From Zootoca vivipara (lineage: Eukaryota): a stretch of 64,000 nt of DNA. The stretch lies in assembly GCF_963506605.1 (NCBI RefSeq), contig NC_083288.1:29822001-29886000 (forward strand), read 5' to 3'. Positions 1-11,896 of the stretch are shown here, one piece after another. The first letter of the stretch is position 1, and each line of letters starts with the position of its first letter. The notes beneath the pieces were generated by a model, which saw only the letters and a program-made list of their open reading frames with translations, did no database searches and was not told the DNA's origin. The position numbers were made by a program, and so were the translations under genes.

Positions 1-955
1 AAATACATCCCAGCAGCCCTAGAAGTTTTTCAAGCCAAATCTTTGGCGCAGATACTTTATGGGGCCCGAATTTGGACGGGTAACTATTTTAGCATTCTTG
101 AAACTGTCCAATCCAAATTTCTAAGGCAGATTTTCTCTGTACCACCTTGTGTCCCAAATGCAGCATTACGACTGGAGGCAAGTCTTCCCTCTGTAGAAGC
201 TCGGTACTGGCCAAGAACTCTTAATTATTGGCTCCGTCTAAATCTAAATCCATCTGGTCTATTGCCCTTAGTGACACAAGACCCCCATAAAAGTGTGTGG
301 ATTAAAATAGTGCATCAAAAACTCCTCTCCTGAGGACTTCACCCACATCAGCTCCTCATGATGAGCTTTACTAAAGCAAAAGGCCTAATTGGACAGAACC
401 TGAAGGACTTAGTCTGAGAGCAACAGAACAATCTGGCCATTATAAATAAATTCTTTCCTTGGTATGCCTTTTTTCCTCTTCTCATTTTGATTTCTTGGCA
501 CCATATTTGTATAAATTAACTATCCCTAAATATAGACATGCCTTCACATTGGCCAGATTGGATGTGATGCCCTCTGCCGTACTTGAGGGCCGATACCAAA
601 AGATTCCAACTGAGAAACGACTCTGCCCCTGTGGAGATGGCAATACGGAAACAGTAGCTCATGTTCTCCTGTCTTGTCCCCTTTATAAAGATCTGAGGAA
701 TGAGATCATTACCCCAATCTTACTTAACATCCCAAGCCACCCATCTGCGGCCACATTGTTCTTTCTTCTATCAGACCAAAATGATCAGACAACAGTAAAG
801 GTTGCTAGGTTTATTGAGGGTGCAATGAGATTAAGGGCCACTATCTGAACGATAATCTTGGTTATTTGATTGTCCTTTTTACCTATTGTTGTTTTTATCT
901 GTATATACTGCTTGTTTTATGTTGCTATGGCCGTTGGCTAACGTGAATAAAGTTT
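1..955 (+). mobile_element. 3' end of a degenerate non-LTR retrotransposon (RTE-X-like LINE)
   Basis: ORFs 43-333 (ILYGARIW...LETVQSKFLRQI, RT C-terminal) and 459-848 (LEGRY...RLCPC-x7-HVLLSCPLY, CCHC knuckle), broken by a stop/frameshift; AATAAA at ~946. Confidence 0.7.
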
Positions 956-1074
956 TTTATTATCCCACAGGAAATAAACACATATTAGAAATAAAACTTG
1001 TTTGCAAAATGCACATATTGGGCATAATTGTGGGGAAATACAATTTTTAGGATAAATATTCATGTATCAATCGT

Positions 1075-1357
1075 GTGCCAGCTCCATCTGGTAGGCTAAG
1101 ACCCTACCTCCCCAAAGACTGTCTTGCCAGAGTGGTGCATGCTATAGTTATCTCCCGCTTGAACTACTGCAATGCGCTCTGCATGGGGCTACCTTTGAAG
1201 GTGTCCTGGAAACTACAACTAATCTAGAATGTGGCAGCTAGACTGGTGACTGGGAATGGCTGCTGAAACTATATAACACCAGTCCTGAAAGACCTACATT
1301 GGCTACCAGTACACTTCCAAGCAAAATGCAAAGTGTTGGTGCTGACCTTTAAAGCCT
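1075..1357 (+). mobile_element. L2 LINE RT C-terminal fragment
   Basis: Manual translation gives VVHAIVISRLNYCNAL...AARLVTG...ITPVLKDLHWLPV...KVLVLTFKA, the typical L2 ORF2 end. Confidence 0.8.
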
Positions 1358-1985
1358 AGTATTTAGTATTTAAAGCAGGAAGCCACTAGTTTTGTTGAAT
1401 TAGAATATAATTGTTGAGTAACAAATGTAACTTTTGATATGGAAAAAAGAACAAAATACTATTACAAAAAAGAGGAAGACTGTTGCCTTCCATTGCAGTG
1501 GACAAGAAAGATGTTATATCAAGAGCTATACATAGTTCACCAGGGGCTGATTCTTGTATCATAGGTGCAAGCAGGACAAACACTCTGAAACATTAACTTG
1601 AGCCAGGTAAAAGTCAGGTAATACACATACCCTCCAACATTCCTCTGGTGAAAAGAGGGACATTTTCAACTGAGGACTTTGGAGAGTATGCAACCATGGT
1701 AAGGTGCAGTGGTGTAAGTGTGGGTTAAAATGTTTCCCCATGCTTTATATTTCTGTGGAAAATTCGTTCATTCAACTTATTATAGTCAATGAACCATAAC
1801 TGAAGTACAAAACTGTATAATTCAGATTTAGCAAAACAATAACCATAACAATTCTATACCACCCTTCATCCACACATCACAGGGCAGTTTACAATATAAA
1901 AACACAAAAATGCATAATAGAGTAACAGACAAAAACAATAACCCCATCCACTTTAAAAGGCCACATTTCATTTAATTAGCATAGC

Positions 1986-2339
1986 CAGCGCCGTCTTAAG
2001 CGCCCCTGTCGCCATGGTGCGCCGGATCTCTCCAGCGCCCTATGGCGCCCCTGTCGCCATGGTGCGCCGGATCTCTCCGGCGCCCTTCCGCCCCGTCCCC
2101 CAACACGGTGGGCGGGTGGGCGCGGCGCTGCTGCGCGGCGGGCGGGCAGACACAGCGTGATCTCTCCGGCGCCCTCCCGCCCCATTTCCCAGCGCGGTGG
2201 GCAGGTGGGCACCGCGCGCAGCTGCGCAGCGGACCGGCGGACCGGCCGGCCAGCGGGCGGGCGCAGCTCGCGGCGCCCTCCTGGCGGGCCGGCGCCATGG
2301 TGCCCTGCGCCACCGGGGGTCTACGATGAGCTGGCCCTG
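1986..2339. mobile_element. GC-rich non-autonomous hAT element (MITE)
   Basis: 8-bp TSD AGCATAGC (1978-1985, 2340-2347); imperfect TIRs CAGCGCCGTC.../...GCTGGCCCTG; empty site in paralog at ~21811. Confidence 0.85.
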
Positions 2340-2577
2340 AGCATAGCCCAAAGTCACTTATGATGGTGGCCAGAGACCAAAGCATGTGGAGGGCTGTAGG
2401 GCAAAGAAGGAAATTTTAACCACTAAACCAATACTCACAATTTGCAATATAAACAATATACCGGTAACCCTTCTAGATCAATTGAGAAAACTGAGCTAAA
2501 TCTATTCTAAGCTAAAGTTTCCTCAAAGAATTTCCAGTTTCCTATCATTAGTATTATAGTGCATGCAGAATTTTCCT

Positions 2578-3543
2578 TCACAAAATAAGACTGGAAAGGT
2601 TTTTCATAGAGGAGTGACGCAAACGCAATAGCTTTGACAGAGCATTTTTAATCTCCCTATTTCTCATGCTATAGATTACTGGATTCATCAAGGGTGGAAC
2701 CATGGAATACATCACTGTAAATGCCAAATCCAGATGTAATGAGCTAGGCTTAAAGAAAGCAAAGTATGAAGTGAATACAAATAGGCAGTAAACAATGAGA
2801 TGGGGAAGGCAAGTTGAGAAAGCCTTTTGCCTTCCTTCAGTTGAGGGGATTTTCAGCACGGCAGTGAAAATGTACACATAGGATATAATGTTGAAGATAA
2901 AGCAGCCAATCCCAAAGACAGCACTTATTACAATAACTCCTACTTCAATTAGATACAAATCAGTGCAGGCCAGCTTAAGTAACTGTGGGATTTCACAAAA
3001 AAATTGATTGACTACATTGGAACAAAAGGGGGATGCAAAGGTACCTCCGGTGTGTAACACTCCATAGAAAAAGCTGCTGATCCATACACTGCTAATCATT
3101 TGTATGTAGGTTTGTGTATTCATCAGCATCCCATACTGTAATGGTTTGCAAATGGCAACATACCGATCATATGCCATGACTGTGAGAAGAAAGAAATCAG
3201 ATCCCACAAAAAAGACAAAGAAGAGTAGTTGTGCAACACACCCAGAGTAGGAAATGCGTCTGGTGTTCAAGAGGGAATTTACCATGGACTTGGGAATAAT
3301 GACTGAAGCTTGCCCCAGGTCCTGCAAGGCTAAATTCATCAGGAAGAAGTACATAGGGGTGTGCAGATGATGGTCAAAGGCTACTGCAGAGATGATGAGA
3401 AGATTTCCCGTGACAGTTGCCAAATACAATACCAGGAATATAATGAAATGTAGAATTTGTAGTTCCCGAACGTCTGAGAATTCTAGGAGGAGGAATTCTG
3501 AGAAAGATGATTGATTATCCATGCTCTGCTTCTTCACATTCAT
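2578..3543 (-). CDS. Olfactory receptor, family 14-like (A-type copy 1)
   Basis: 7TM OR motifs LHTPMYFFL, MAYDRYVAIC, FCEIPQLLKL, KAFSTCLPHL, PPLMNPVIYSMRN; N-glycosylation NQSS. Start placed at MNVKK (3543) because a polypyrimidine+AG acceptor lies 4 nt upstream. Confidence 0.95.
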   Translation of the reverse strand: MNVKKQSMDNQSSFSEFLLLEFSDVRELQILHFIIFLVLYLATVTGNLLIISAVAFDHHLHTPMYFFLMNLALQDLGQASVIIPKSMVNSLLNTRRISYSGCVAQLLFFVFFVGSDFFLLTVMAYDRYVAICKPLQYGMLMNTQTYIQMISSVWISSFFYGVLHTGGTFASPFCSNVVNQFFCEIPQLLKLACTDLYLIEVGVIVISAVFGIGCFIFNIISYVYIFTAVLKIPSTEGRQKAFSTCLPHLIVYCLFVFTSYFAFFKPSSLHLDLAFTVMYSMVPPLMNPVIYSMRNREIKNALSKLLRLRHSSMKNLSSLIL

Positions 3544-3917
3544 GTTGCTATGGAAGAAAGCAGAAAGCCAGATGTTAAAAGTGGAGCCCATTTTATTTAC
3601 AATTGTTATTATTATTATTATTTTTCATCCACTTTACGGTTGCCAACTGCAGACCACTGTGTTAAAAAATTATAACAAATTCATGTAATCCAAGTTACAC
3701 TTCACTTCCTAGTGTGAAAGTATCTGAAAATATCCAGAAAATAGATGCAACACATCCTGAGGTACTTTGTGTTATGCAAGATTTGTGAACAAAGGTAGAT
3801 AGTTGCAGGAGAGTGACTATCTGTGTAGAGGAGAATATGAGAGTTAGGGAGACAGAAGGAAAGATGATCAATACATTACTTTCATTCTAAGTGCAAGTGA
3901 AAAATATAGAAAGTTAT

Positions 3918-4125
3918 CTTACTATTTTTGTTCTACCTAGGGTTCTCTGCAGTATGCTTCTCCAGTGAAATTAAATGACTGCATATCACTCTACCCATAC
4001 CTGCAATTTTATAGTAATCCTCCAGCAGTTGGATTTATGATGACAAAAAACATGAATCAACATGGGGAAGAGACTTATTAATAACTCTCCTGTCTTTCTA
4101 GAGATTTACTCTCACAGGAATTCAA
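3918..4125 (-). promoter_or_regulatory. Putative OR promoter and non-coding first exon (A1)
   Basis: Minus strand: O/E-like TCCTGTGAGA (4110-4119), TATAAAA (4007-4013), GTAAG donor (3918-3922); same layout upstream of every intact OR. Confidence 0.65.
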
Positions 4126-4173
4126 AACACATCCACATTAGGACTTTAGAGAAACAATACTGCATTTTGGTTA

Positions 4174-4331
4174 GTTGCAGGTAGGTAGCCGTGTTGGTCT
4201 TCCGTAGTCGGAAAAATTTTAAAAAATTCCTTCCACTAGCACCTTAGAGACCAACTAAGTTTGTCATTGGTATGACCAATGATAAACTTAGTTCGCCTCT
4301 AAGGTGCTACTGGAAGGATATTTTTTTATTT
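4174..4331. mobile_element. Penelope-like element remnant forming an inverted repeat
   Basis: 13-bp TSD TGCATTTTGGTTA; ~45-bp-arm hairpin at 4228-4318; shares sequence with 9891-10032; absent from B-type promoters; copy at ~23657-23813. Confidence 0.65.
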
Positions 4332-4621
4332 TGCATTTTGGTTAATTTTGCTAATTTGATTAGGAAAGTCTGTTTGTTTTGGTTATCATGAGAATAACAG
4401 AACTGTGAAGGGAACTAATCATTCCACTACAGCGTTATCAGATATACCCAGCTTCATGAATTTCTTCTGGCATGGATAGCTCTAACTATCAATGTTAATA
4501 ATGAGTGTAATGAGCCTAGGCAGCCAGCTTGATAACATAGTACGCCAGAGTAATTAACTTGAAGATTTATTGCAGACAAAGCAATTAGCCTCAGAGCACT
4601 CTTGCCTATCGTCCATTAGTA

Positions 4622-4759
4622 CAGTGTTTCTCAACCAGTGTGCCTCCAGATGTTTTGGGACTACAACTCCCATCATTCCTGACCACTGGTCTTGCTAGCT
4701 AGGGATGATGGGAATTGTAGTCCCAAAACATCTGGAGGCACACTGGTTGAGAAACACTG
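4622..4759. mobile_element. Palindromic hAT (Charlie-like) MITE
   Basis: TIR CAGTGTTTCTCAACC...GGTTGAGAAACACTG, 8-bp TSD CATTAGTA, empty site at ~24096. Confidence 0.9.
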
Positions 4760-5495
4760 CATTAGTACACTCAAGTTGACCCTTCTGAGGAATGTTTCCA
4801 GTGTCTGCAGAATATACTGAACCTATGAGCTTTGCATTTCTTGGTTTGTTTTCTGTCTAAAACCCTTCCCATTCATCAGATTCTTGGGCTCACTGGGTCA
4901 ACCAACTCCTCTTCTGGTGAAGAAAAGCTCTATCTTGCTTTTGAGCCTGCCTGCCTGAGAGCTTTGGCTTTGTTCCAGCCTGCTTCCAGCTACTGTCTTA
5001 TCTCTATTCCTTTTCGTGTCAACAAGAGGAGGGGGTGCCGGCTCTCCTCTGCCTGAGAGAAATCCAATCTTCTCTGCTGCTGGCTGGTTTCTAACTGAGG
5101 CTGCAAATCCTGGTTTTGGGCAGGCATGATCATGACACCACCCCCTCCCCTCCCCTATCCTCCTCCTCCTCCTCCTCCTCCTCCTCTTCCTGTCCTCCCT
5201 CTTTCTGAGGTTCGCTGTCTAGCCCTTCCCACCAGTCATCCTCACTCTCTTCCACATCATCTTCTCCTTGCAGGTTCCCCTCTATTCCCACTCTGCCTCA
5301 CTCTCTTCATCTTCTTCCTGTTGGGAGATTCATTCCCCGTGTGCAGTCATAGGTTTATTGTGTATCATATGACTGTATGTGTTTTCATTCCACAGAGTGG
5401 AAGTGACGTAGACAGGATGTTTGTCTTACGTGTTCCTGGAGTGGAACTATTGTTCCTTTGTTCATTCTCTTTACTGCCTGTGATGCTAGAGAGAG

Positions 5496-5666
5496 CAGGC
5501 CCGGCTCTAGGTGCAGTTCCGGTGGCACGGGGCGGCAGGGCCGGCAGGGGGAGGCACTGAGCGGTGAAGCCACGTGGAAGCCGTGCTGTGCGCTGTGAGG
5601 GCGGGGGCGCCGGAGCGATCTCCACACCTCAGCGCCAGGGCGCCTGACCTGCTTGAGACTGCCCTG
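5496..5666. mobile_element. GC-rich hAT MITE, related to 1986-2339, opposite orientation
   Basis: 8-bp TSD AGAGAGAG; ends CAGGCCCGGC.../...GCTTGAGACTGCCCTG; absent in paralog at ~24822. Confidence 0.8.
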
Positions 5667-6399
5667 AGAGAGAGGGAGCCATAATGAAGAGCTCCAAGTC
5701 TGTTTATATGTAAATAAACTAGCTTAGCCCAAAAGCTGTGCTACTGAGTCTGTCACGCTACTGCGCAAACCTCTGCGGATCATTAAAGTGCAGTGGTGCT
5801 TCACATCACCAGTCACTGTGATGTTCGGGCTGAAGAACGCTCAAGAAGCTCACGAACGATCTCCCAGGAGGGAGGGGACATGCCAGTCGGGTATGTGTGT
5901 CTGCCATGGCCTTACTCTCGAGTAGGCACCCTCCTGGACATGCTGACGTTTCCATAACCTCATACTCCCCCCTCCCTCCTCTTGGTTTGGGTTTGTTTGG
6001 GTACCTGTGGCTGAATTCTACCTGTAACCCAGGGTTACACATTCCCAGAATCCTCCCAATAATTTCCCTCATTTCCATAACCTTTCCAAGCTATGAAATA
6101 CTGCAATCTCCACCCCCTCCATTGAGAGTCCAACAACTGTGACACTTCAATTCTGGTTCACCTTCTATTATTATCGGGGGTGTGTGTGTTTGTGTGTGAC
6201 GTTTTTACGCTGTTTGGTATAGCCTTATCAACCCGACCCATCAAGGGTTAACTCAGACTCCGTGTCGACTGACTGAACGTACATGTTGAAATCCATCCAG
6301 GATGCAGCCACTGGACTATTTCTCTGTTTGAGGCTCATTATCTTCTGAGCGAGAGCCTCTTCTTGCATGCTGTCCATCATTTTTATGAAGGCATTTAAA

Positions 6400-6780
6400 T
6401 TGGCAAGAGTCCTGTCATTGTTTAATATTATCGGGGTCACCCAATGCCTTCTCAAAGGCTTTTTGGAACATAATGAAATTAAGGGGGGGGGGAATAAAGT
6501 GACTTTTGCCAGGAGGCGAGAATCCTCCCTCCTGGGGATACTAGACAGCGAAATCCCAAAGTATCCCTCAATGATATTGATATATGTGACTACAGCAGCA
6601 GAAATGGAATGAAGGAAGAATGGTTGATGATAATCTTGGAAGATGCAGAGATGGCAGAATTGATGGCACTGATAAAAGATGCAGATTTAGAATCCTTTAA
6701 AGAAGACTGGAACCATTTCTGGTCTATATAAAAATTTATTTCCCTTATGTGAAGACCACAGCAGGGCTTGAAGTGTAAGA
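6400..6780 (+). mobile_element. Old L1 ORF2 C-terminal remnant
   Basis: Degenerate LLGILDSEIPK...YVTTAA...EEWLM...MAELMALIKD, matching the C-terminus of the other L1s here; copies at ~25600-25970 and ~46860-47520. Confidence 0.6.
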
Positions 6781-6788
6781 AAAGAGCA

Positions 6789-6794
<6 letters not shown>

Positions 6795-6841
<47 letters not shown>
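6795..6841. repeat. (TA)n microsatellite
   Basis: Directly visible; paralogous copy at 25985-26041. Confidence 0.95.
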
Positions 6842-6843
<2 letters not shown>

Positions 6844-7012
6844 GTTAGGGAGGATGAAATTAGATAAGACGGAACCTTAAAATGTAATTGTATGCAATCT
6901 GAGTTAAAATATCGATGTTGGGTGAGTGGGAAGTCATTAGTTCTGTTGAATTAGAACATAATTGTTGAGTAACAAATGTAACTTTTAATATGGAAAAACA
7001 AACAAAATACTA

Positions 7013-7237
7013 CAGTGGTACCTCTAGTTAAGAACTTAATTCGTTCAGGAGGTCCATTCCTAACATGAAACTGTTCTTAAACTGAGGTACAACTTTAGGT
7101 AGGGGGGCCTCCTCTGCTGCCGCGTCACTGGCGCACAATTTCTGTTCTCATCCTGAAATTAAGTTCTTAACCCAAGGTACTACTTCTGGGTTAGCAGAAA
7201 CTGTAACCCGAAGTGTTTGTAACCTGAGGTACCACTG
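7013..7237. mobile_element. Tc1/mariner-type MITE
   Basis: TA TSD, TIR CAGTGGTACCTC...GAGGTACCACTG; empty site at ~1459. Confidence 0.88.
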
Positions 7238-8510
7238 TACTACAAAAAAACATATTAGAGAGGATGAAATTAGATAAGGGCGAACCTTAAAATGCAATTG
7301 TATGTAATCTGAGTTATAAACATCGATGTTGGTGGAGCAGGAAGTCACTAGTTTGTTGAATTAGAATATAATTGTTGAGTGAGAAACATAACTTTTGATA
7401 TGGAAAAAAGTAAAAAGTACTATTATAAAATAGGAAGACTGTTGCCTTCCATTGCAATGGACAACAAATATGTTATATCAAGAGCTATACATAGTTCACC
7501 AGGGGCTGATTCTTGTCATAGGTGCAAGCAGGACAAACACTCTGAACCATTAACTTGAGCCAGGTAAAAGTCAGGTAAAACACATACCCTCCAACATTCC
7601 TCTGATTAAAATAGGGACGTTTTATTCTGAGGACTTTTGGAGGGTATGCAACCACAGTCAGTTGCAGTAGTGTAAGTGTGAGTTAAAATGTTTCCCTTTG
7701 CTTTACTTTTCCATGGGAAATTCGTTAATTCACCTTATTACTTATACCATAAGTGAAATACAATAAAATTCAGATTAAGCAATCAACAATTACATAAATT
7801 TTATACCACCCTAATCCACAGATCACAGTGCAGTTTACAACATAAAAACACAAAAATACATAATAGAGTATCGGGCAAAAACAATAAAAAGGCCCACTTT
7901 TAAAGTCATAGATTGTTTCATTAGCCCAAGGCCTGGACAGCATAGCACAAAGTCACGAATAATGGGAACATCTGAGGACTTTTGGAGGGTATGCAACCAC
8001 TGTCAGGTGCAGTGGTGTAAGTGCGGCTTCAAATATTTTACACTGTTTTACTTTTCCATGGAAAGTTCTTTCATTCAACTTATTGCAATCAAAAGACCAT
8101 AAGAAAAATACAGTAAAATTCAGATTAAGCAAAACAAAAAGAACAAAATAATTTCTATACCACCTTTCATCAATGGATCACAGGGCTTTTTAAAATATAA
8201 AAACACAAAAATACATAATAGAGTAACAAACAAAAACAAACACCAGACCCACTTTAAAAGGGCACAGATTGTTTCATTGGCAGAAGGCCTGGCCATCATA
8301 GCCCAAATTCACTTATGATGGGATCCAGAGACCAGAGCATGTGGAGGACCACAGGGCAAAGAAGGATATTTTAAGCACTACACCAAACGGATTCTCAAAA
8401 TTTGCAATATAAGCAATATAACTATTCTAGATCGATTGAGAAAACTAAGCTAAATCAATTTAGTTTCTTCAAAGTTTCCCTATAGGATTTCCAATTTTCT
8501 ATCATTAGTG

Positions 8511-8539
<29 letters not shown>

Positions 8540-8544
<5 letters not shown>

Positions 8545-8835
8545 TATATATACCTCACCCATCTGGCTGGGTTTCCCCAGCTACTCTTAGAGGCTCCCAA
8601 CAGAATATTAAAAACACGATAAAACATCAAACATTAAAAACATCCCTGAACACGAATGCATTCAGATGTCTTCTAAAAGTCAGATAGTTATTTATTTCCT
8701 TGACAGCTGGGAGGGCGTTCCACAGGGCGGTGACTACTACCAAGAAGCCCCTCTGCCTGGTTCCCTATAACCTCACTTATCACAGTGAGGGACTCACCAG
8801 AAGGCCCTCAGCACTGGACCTCAGTGTGTGGGCTG
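8540..8835 (-). mobile_element. L2 LINE 3' fragment just downstream of the OR stop codon
   Basis: Homologous to longer L2 at 61100-61820; (GAT)n tail; copies at ~39262-39551 and ~49190-49480. Confidence 0.7.
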
Positions 8836-8858
8836 TATACTGTATACAGAATTTTCCT

Positions 8859-9833
8859 TTACAAAAGAGGACTGGAAAGGTTTTTCCTAGAGGAGTGACT
8901 CAAACCCAATAGCTTTGACAGAGCATTTTTAATCTCCCTATTTCTCATGCTATAGATTACTGGATTCATCAAGGGTGGAACCATGGAATACATCACTGTA
9001 AATACCAAATCTAGATGTGGTGAGGTATTAGAGGGAGGCTTGAAGTATGCAAAGTAACCAGTAAATACATATAGGGCATAAACTATGAGATGGGGAAGGC
9101 AAGTCGAGAAAGCCTTTTGCCTTCCTTCAGTAGAGGGGATTTTCAGCACGGCAGTGAAAATGGAGACATAAGTTATGATGATGAAGATAAAACAGCCAAT
9201 CCCAATGACAGCACTTAACACGAGGACTCCTACTTCCATTAGATACAAATCAGTGCAGGCCAGCTTAAGTAACTGCGGGATTTCACAAAAAAATTGATTG
9301 ACTACATTGGAACAAAAGGGGGATGCAAAGGTACCTCCAGTGTGTAACACTCCATAGAAAAAGCTGCTGATCCATACACTGCCAATCATTTGTATGTAGG
9401 TTTGTCTATTCATCAGCATCCCATACTGTAATGGTTTGCAAATGGCAACATACCGATCATATGCCATGACTGTGAGAAGAAAGAAATCAGATCCCACAAA
9501 AAAGACAAAGAAGAGTACTTGTGCCACACACCCAGAGTAAGAAATGTACCTGGTGTTCATGAGGGAATTGAGCATGGATTTGGGATTAATGACTGAAACT
9601 TGTCCCAGGTCTTGCATGGCCAAGTTCATCAGGAAGAAGTACATAGGGGTGTGCAGGTGGTGGTCAATGGCTACTGCAGAGATGATGAGAAGATTCCCTG
9701 TGACAGTTGCCAAATACAATACCAGGAATATAATGGAATGAAGAATTTGTAGTTCCCGAACATCTGAGAATTCCAAGAGGAGAAATTCTGAGAAAGATGA
9801 TTGATTATCCATGCTCTGCTTCTTCACATTCAT
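8859..9833 (-). CDS. Olfactory receptor, family 14-like (B-type copy 1)
   Basis: Intact 324-aa ORF with all canonical OR motifs; CAG acceptor 4 nt before ATG. Confidence 0.96.
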   Translation of the reverse strand: MNVKKQSMDNQSSFSEFLLLEFSDVRELQILHSIIFLVLYLATVTGNLLIISAVAIDHHLHTPMYFFLMNLAMQDLGQVSVINPKSMLNSLMNTRYISYSGCVAQVLFFVFFVGSDFFLLTVMAYDRYVAICKPLQYGMLMNRQTYIQMIGSVWISSFFYGVLHTGGTFASPFCSNVVNQFFCEIPQLLKLACTDLYLMEVGVLVLSAVIGIGCFIFIIITYVSIFTAVLKIPSTEGRQKAFSTCLPHLIVYALYVFTGYFAYFKPPSNTSPHLDLVFTVMYSMVPPLMNPVIYSMRNREIKNALSKLLGLSHSSRKNLSSPLL

Positions 9834-9890
9834 GTTGCTGTGGAAAGAAGCAGAAATAATGCTGTCGAAACGGTTACCCTTTTCATTTAA

Positions 9891-10032
9891 AATACCTTTT
9901 CAGATATCTGAAGAAGTGTGCATGCACATGAAAGCTCATACAAAAATAAAAACTTAGTTGGTCTTTAAGGTGCTACTGAAAGAATTTTTTTATTTTGCTT
10001 CAACTCAGACCAACCCGGCTACCTACCTGTAA
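9891..10032 (+). mobile_element. Penelope-like element pLTR fragment
   Basis: 12-bp TSD CTTTTCATTTAA (9879-9890, 10033-10044); absent from paralogs at ~28280, ~40595, ~50525; contains a hammerhead core. Confidence 0.7.
9904..9941 (+). ncRNA. Minimal hammerhead ribozyme motif (Penelope-type)
   Basis: atat-CTGAAGA-a-gtgtgcatgcacat (stem II)-GAAA-GCTC-atac: CUGANGA/GAAA core, palindromic AGCT stem III, short stem I. Confidence 0.6.
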
Positions 10033-11896
10033 CTTTTCATTTAAGTTTTTGTTGCTGGTGATGATGTTAAGTTATTGTAGCAGGCAGCAACGTCCTGAAG
10101 AAGTTACTAATTTGGGGGCGGGGCAATGAGCCCGAAAATGATGATGATGATGACTGTGAATACTAGTGCTATTATCATTATTATTAGCAATGCAATTATG
10201 TTTGTAAGGTCATTATGGTTTGTTCATATCGCTGATCCACTATTTCCCTTAAGAGCTTGACTATTTAAAGGAGTTAGATGCCAAATATCCCGCTTTCTGC
10301 TGACTGAATCTTTTGAAAGTGGATCAGATTCACATACACAATAATGTTGTCCAAGTCCAGTCAATACCAGCCAGATATTCTTCCCACCCTAATATAATGC
10401 CATAGCTCAATTGTAGAAGGAAAAAGGCCATTTCATAATTTATTAGAAACCATGATGACAGTGTGAATCTGACATGAGCTAACTCATCACAGTCAATAGT
10501 CATCATCTTTAACATCCTGATAATTACTAAGGAGGGCTTTTACTATTTCTTTGTTTCTCTTGATTTCTCATCAGGGAAAGATGCTTGGTAAAACTACAGT
10601 AAGCTTCTGATTTAATGGGAAAGCTCCCAGCTTAGGGAAAGAGCACATGTTTCCTCAGATCAGGGTCTGGTATCTCCAAGGAGGACTAAGATAGATCACT
10701 GCCTCACACCCTGTAGAGCTGCTGCCAATCAGGGTAGCCCACCTTTCCCCAACCTGGTGCCCTCCAGATGTTTTGGACTAGAACTTCCTAAGCACTGACA
10801 TGGCTGCCTGGGTCAAAGGAATTGTAATCCAAAGCCTAAGGACGGCAGCAGGTTAAGGGAGGCTGATGCACATAAAAACATAGGTAGCCAGTCTATACTG
10901 GGTCAAAACCAGTGGTCCATCTAGCTCAATTTTTACTACAATGAATGGCAATGGCTTGCCGGTTACCAGATATTATTTCCCCCCCACACCCTATCTGAAG
11001 ATGCCTGGGAACTTCAGCATACAACAAGGGTCCTCCACCACCAAGCTGCAGACCTTCCCCACTGGCAATGCTGAGGTAGAGGTATCAATGGTCTGACGTA
11101 ACATGTGAAAATGGTTGCCTCCTTTCCACTAGATGGAAGATTTTGAAAGAATGGGAAAGGAATTGGTGTCCACAAATGGCTGCAGAAATATGAAGGGTAA
11201 TATAAACAGAGGGAAGTTTGAACTTGTAACCAGCCCAACGAAAAAATAAAATGTGAGAGTTACAATTCAAAAGTAAGAGGGAGAAGGTACAAGAGTAAAA
11301 TACACATCATATAATCATCAGCTAGGTGGAAATGAAAATAAGTCCTAAAGAAAAAGAGCAACATAGGCTTCACAGAGTATAATGTGAAGCTGCACCGCAA
11401 TTGCCACAAAATCATCCAGACAGTCACCGTATTATTTCAGTTAATATTTGCCCAGGATATACAAAACCTTTCCCCTTAATATGTGACATGGTTCGACATC
11501 ACCAGGCTTTTAAGAAATAAAAAAATAAAAACTCCTCTTTTTAAAACTCCTCAGATAGTTTCCCAGATGAGAAATATGGATATTCAATGCAAATGTGAAT
11601 TTACATTCTATTTCAGTGACTAGTCCAATCGCCAACTGTATACCTCTGAGTTAGAAATCTACAGCAAATTCATTCAATTCATGTTGCAATTCACTTCCTA
11701 GTATGAAAATATCTGAAAATAACCAGAATATAGATTCCATACATGTTGATGTACCTTGTGTTATGCCAGATTCATGAACAGAGGTAGAGTTCCAGGAGAG
11801 AGTGACTATTGGTGCAGGAGAAAATATAACAGCTAGAGATGACGAAGGGAGTGTGACCGGTTCATTTCTTTCATTCAGAAAATCCAAAGAAAGTAT

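Larger units (their letters stand above)
4506..6144 (-). mobile_element. LTR-derived mosaic upstream of A-type promoter
   Basis: Homology with B-type promoter stops abruptly at TGTAATGAG (4506); internal TG...CA termini and AATAAA signals; duplicated at ~23988-25303; no clean TSD found. Confidence 0.35.

Noticed and set aside
1386-1583. Repeated small ORF MFVLLAPMIQES... in several modules
   Set aside because: Recurs only through segmental duplication; C-termini vary with MITE insertion; no domain
1976-2385. Several overlapping Arg/Pro/Ala-rich ORFs (likewise 5126-5627 and 54802-55489)
   Set aside because: Stop-poor GC-rich hAT MITE or low-complexity sequence, not genes
3544-3591. N-terminal extension MGSTFNIWLSAFFHSN on A-type ORs (also 23021-23068)
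   Set aside because: Spans the polypyrimidine tract and AG acceptor; likely intronic, and paralogs start at MNVKK
9544-9741. Recurrent plus-strand ORFs opposite the ORs (22731, 27942, 40259, 50190, 57435)
   Set aside because: Antisense shadows of the OR codon structure
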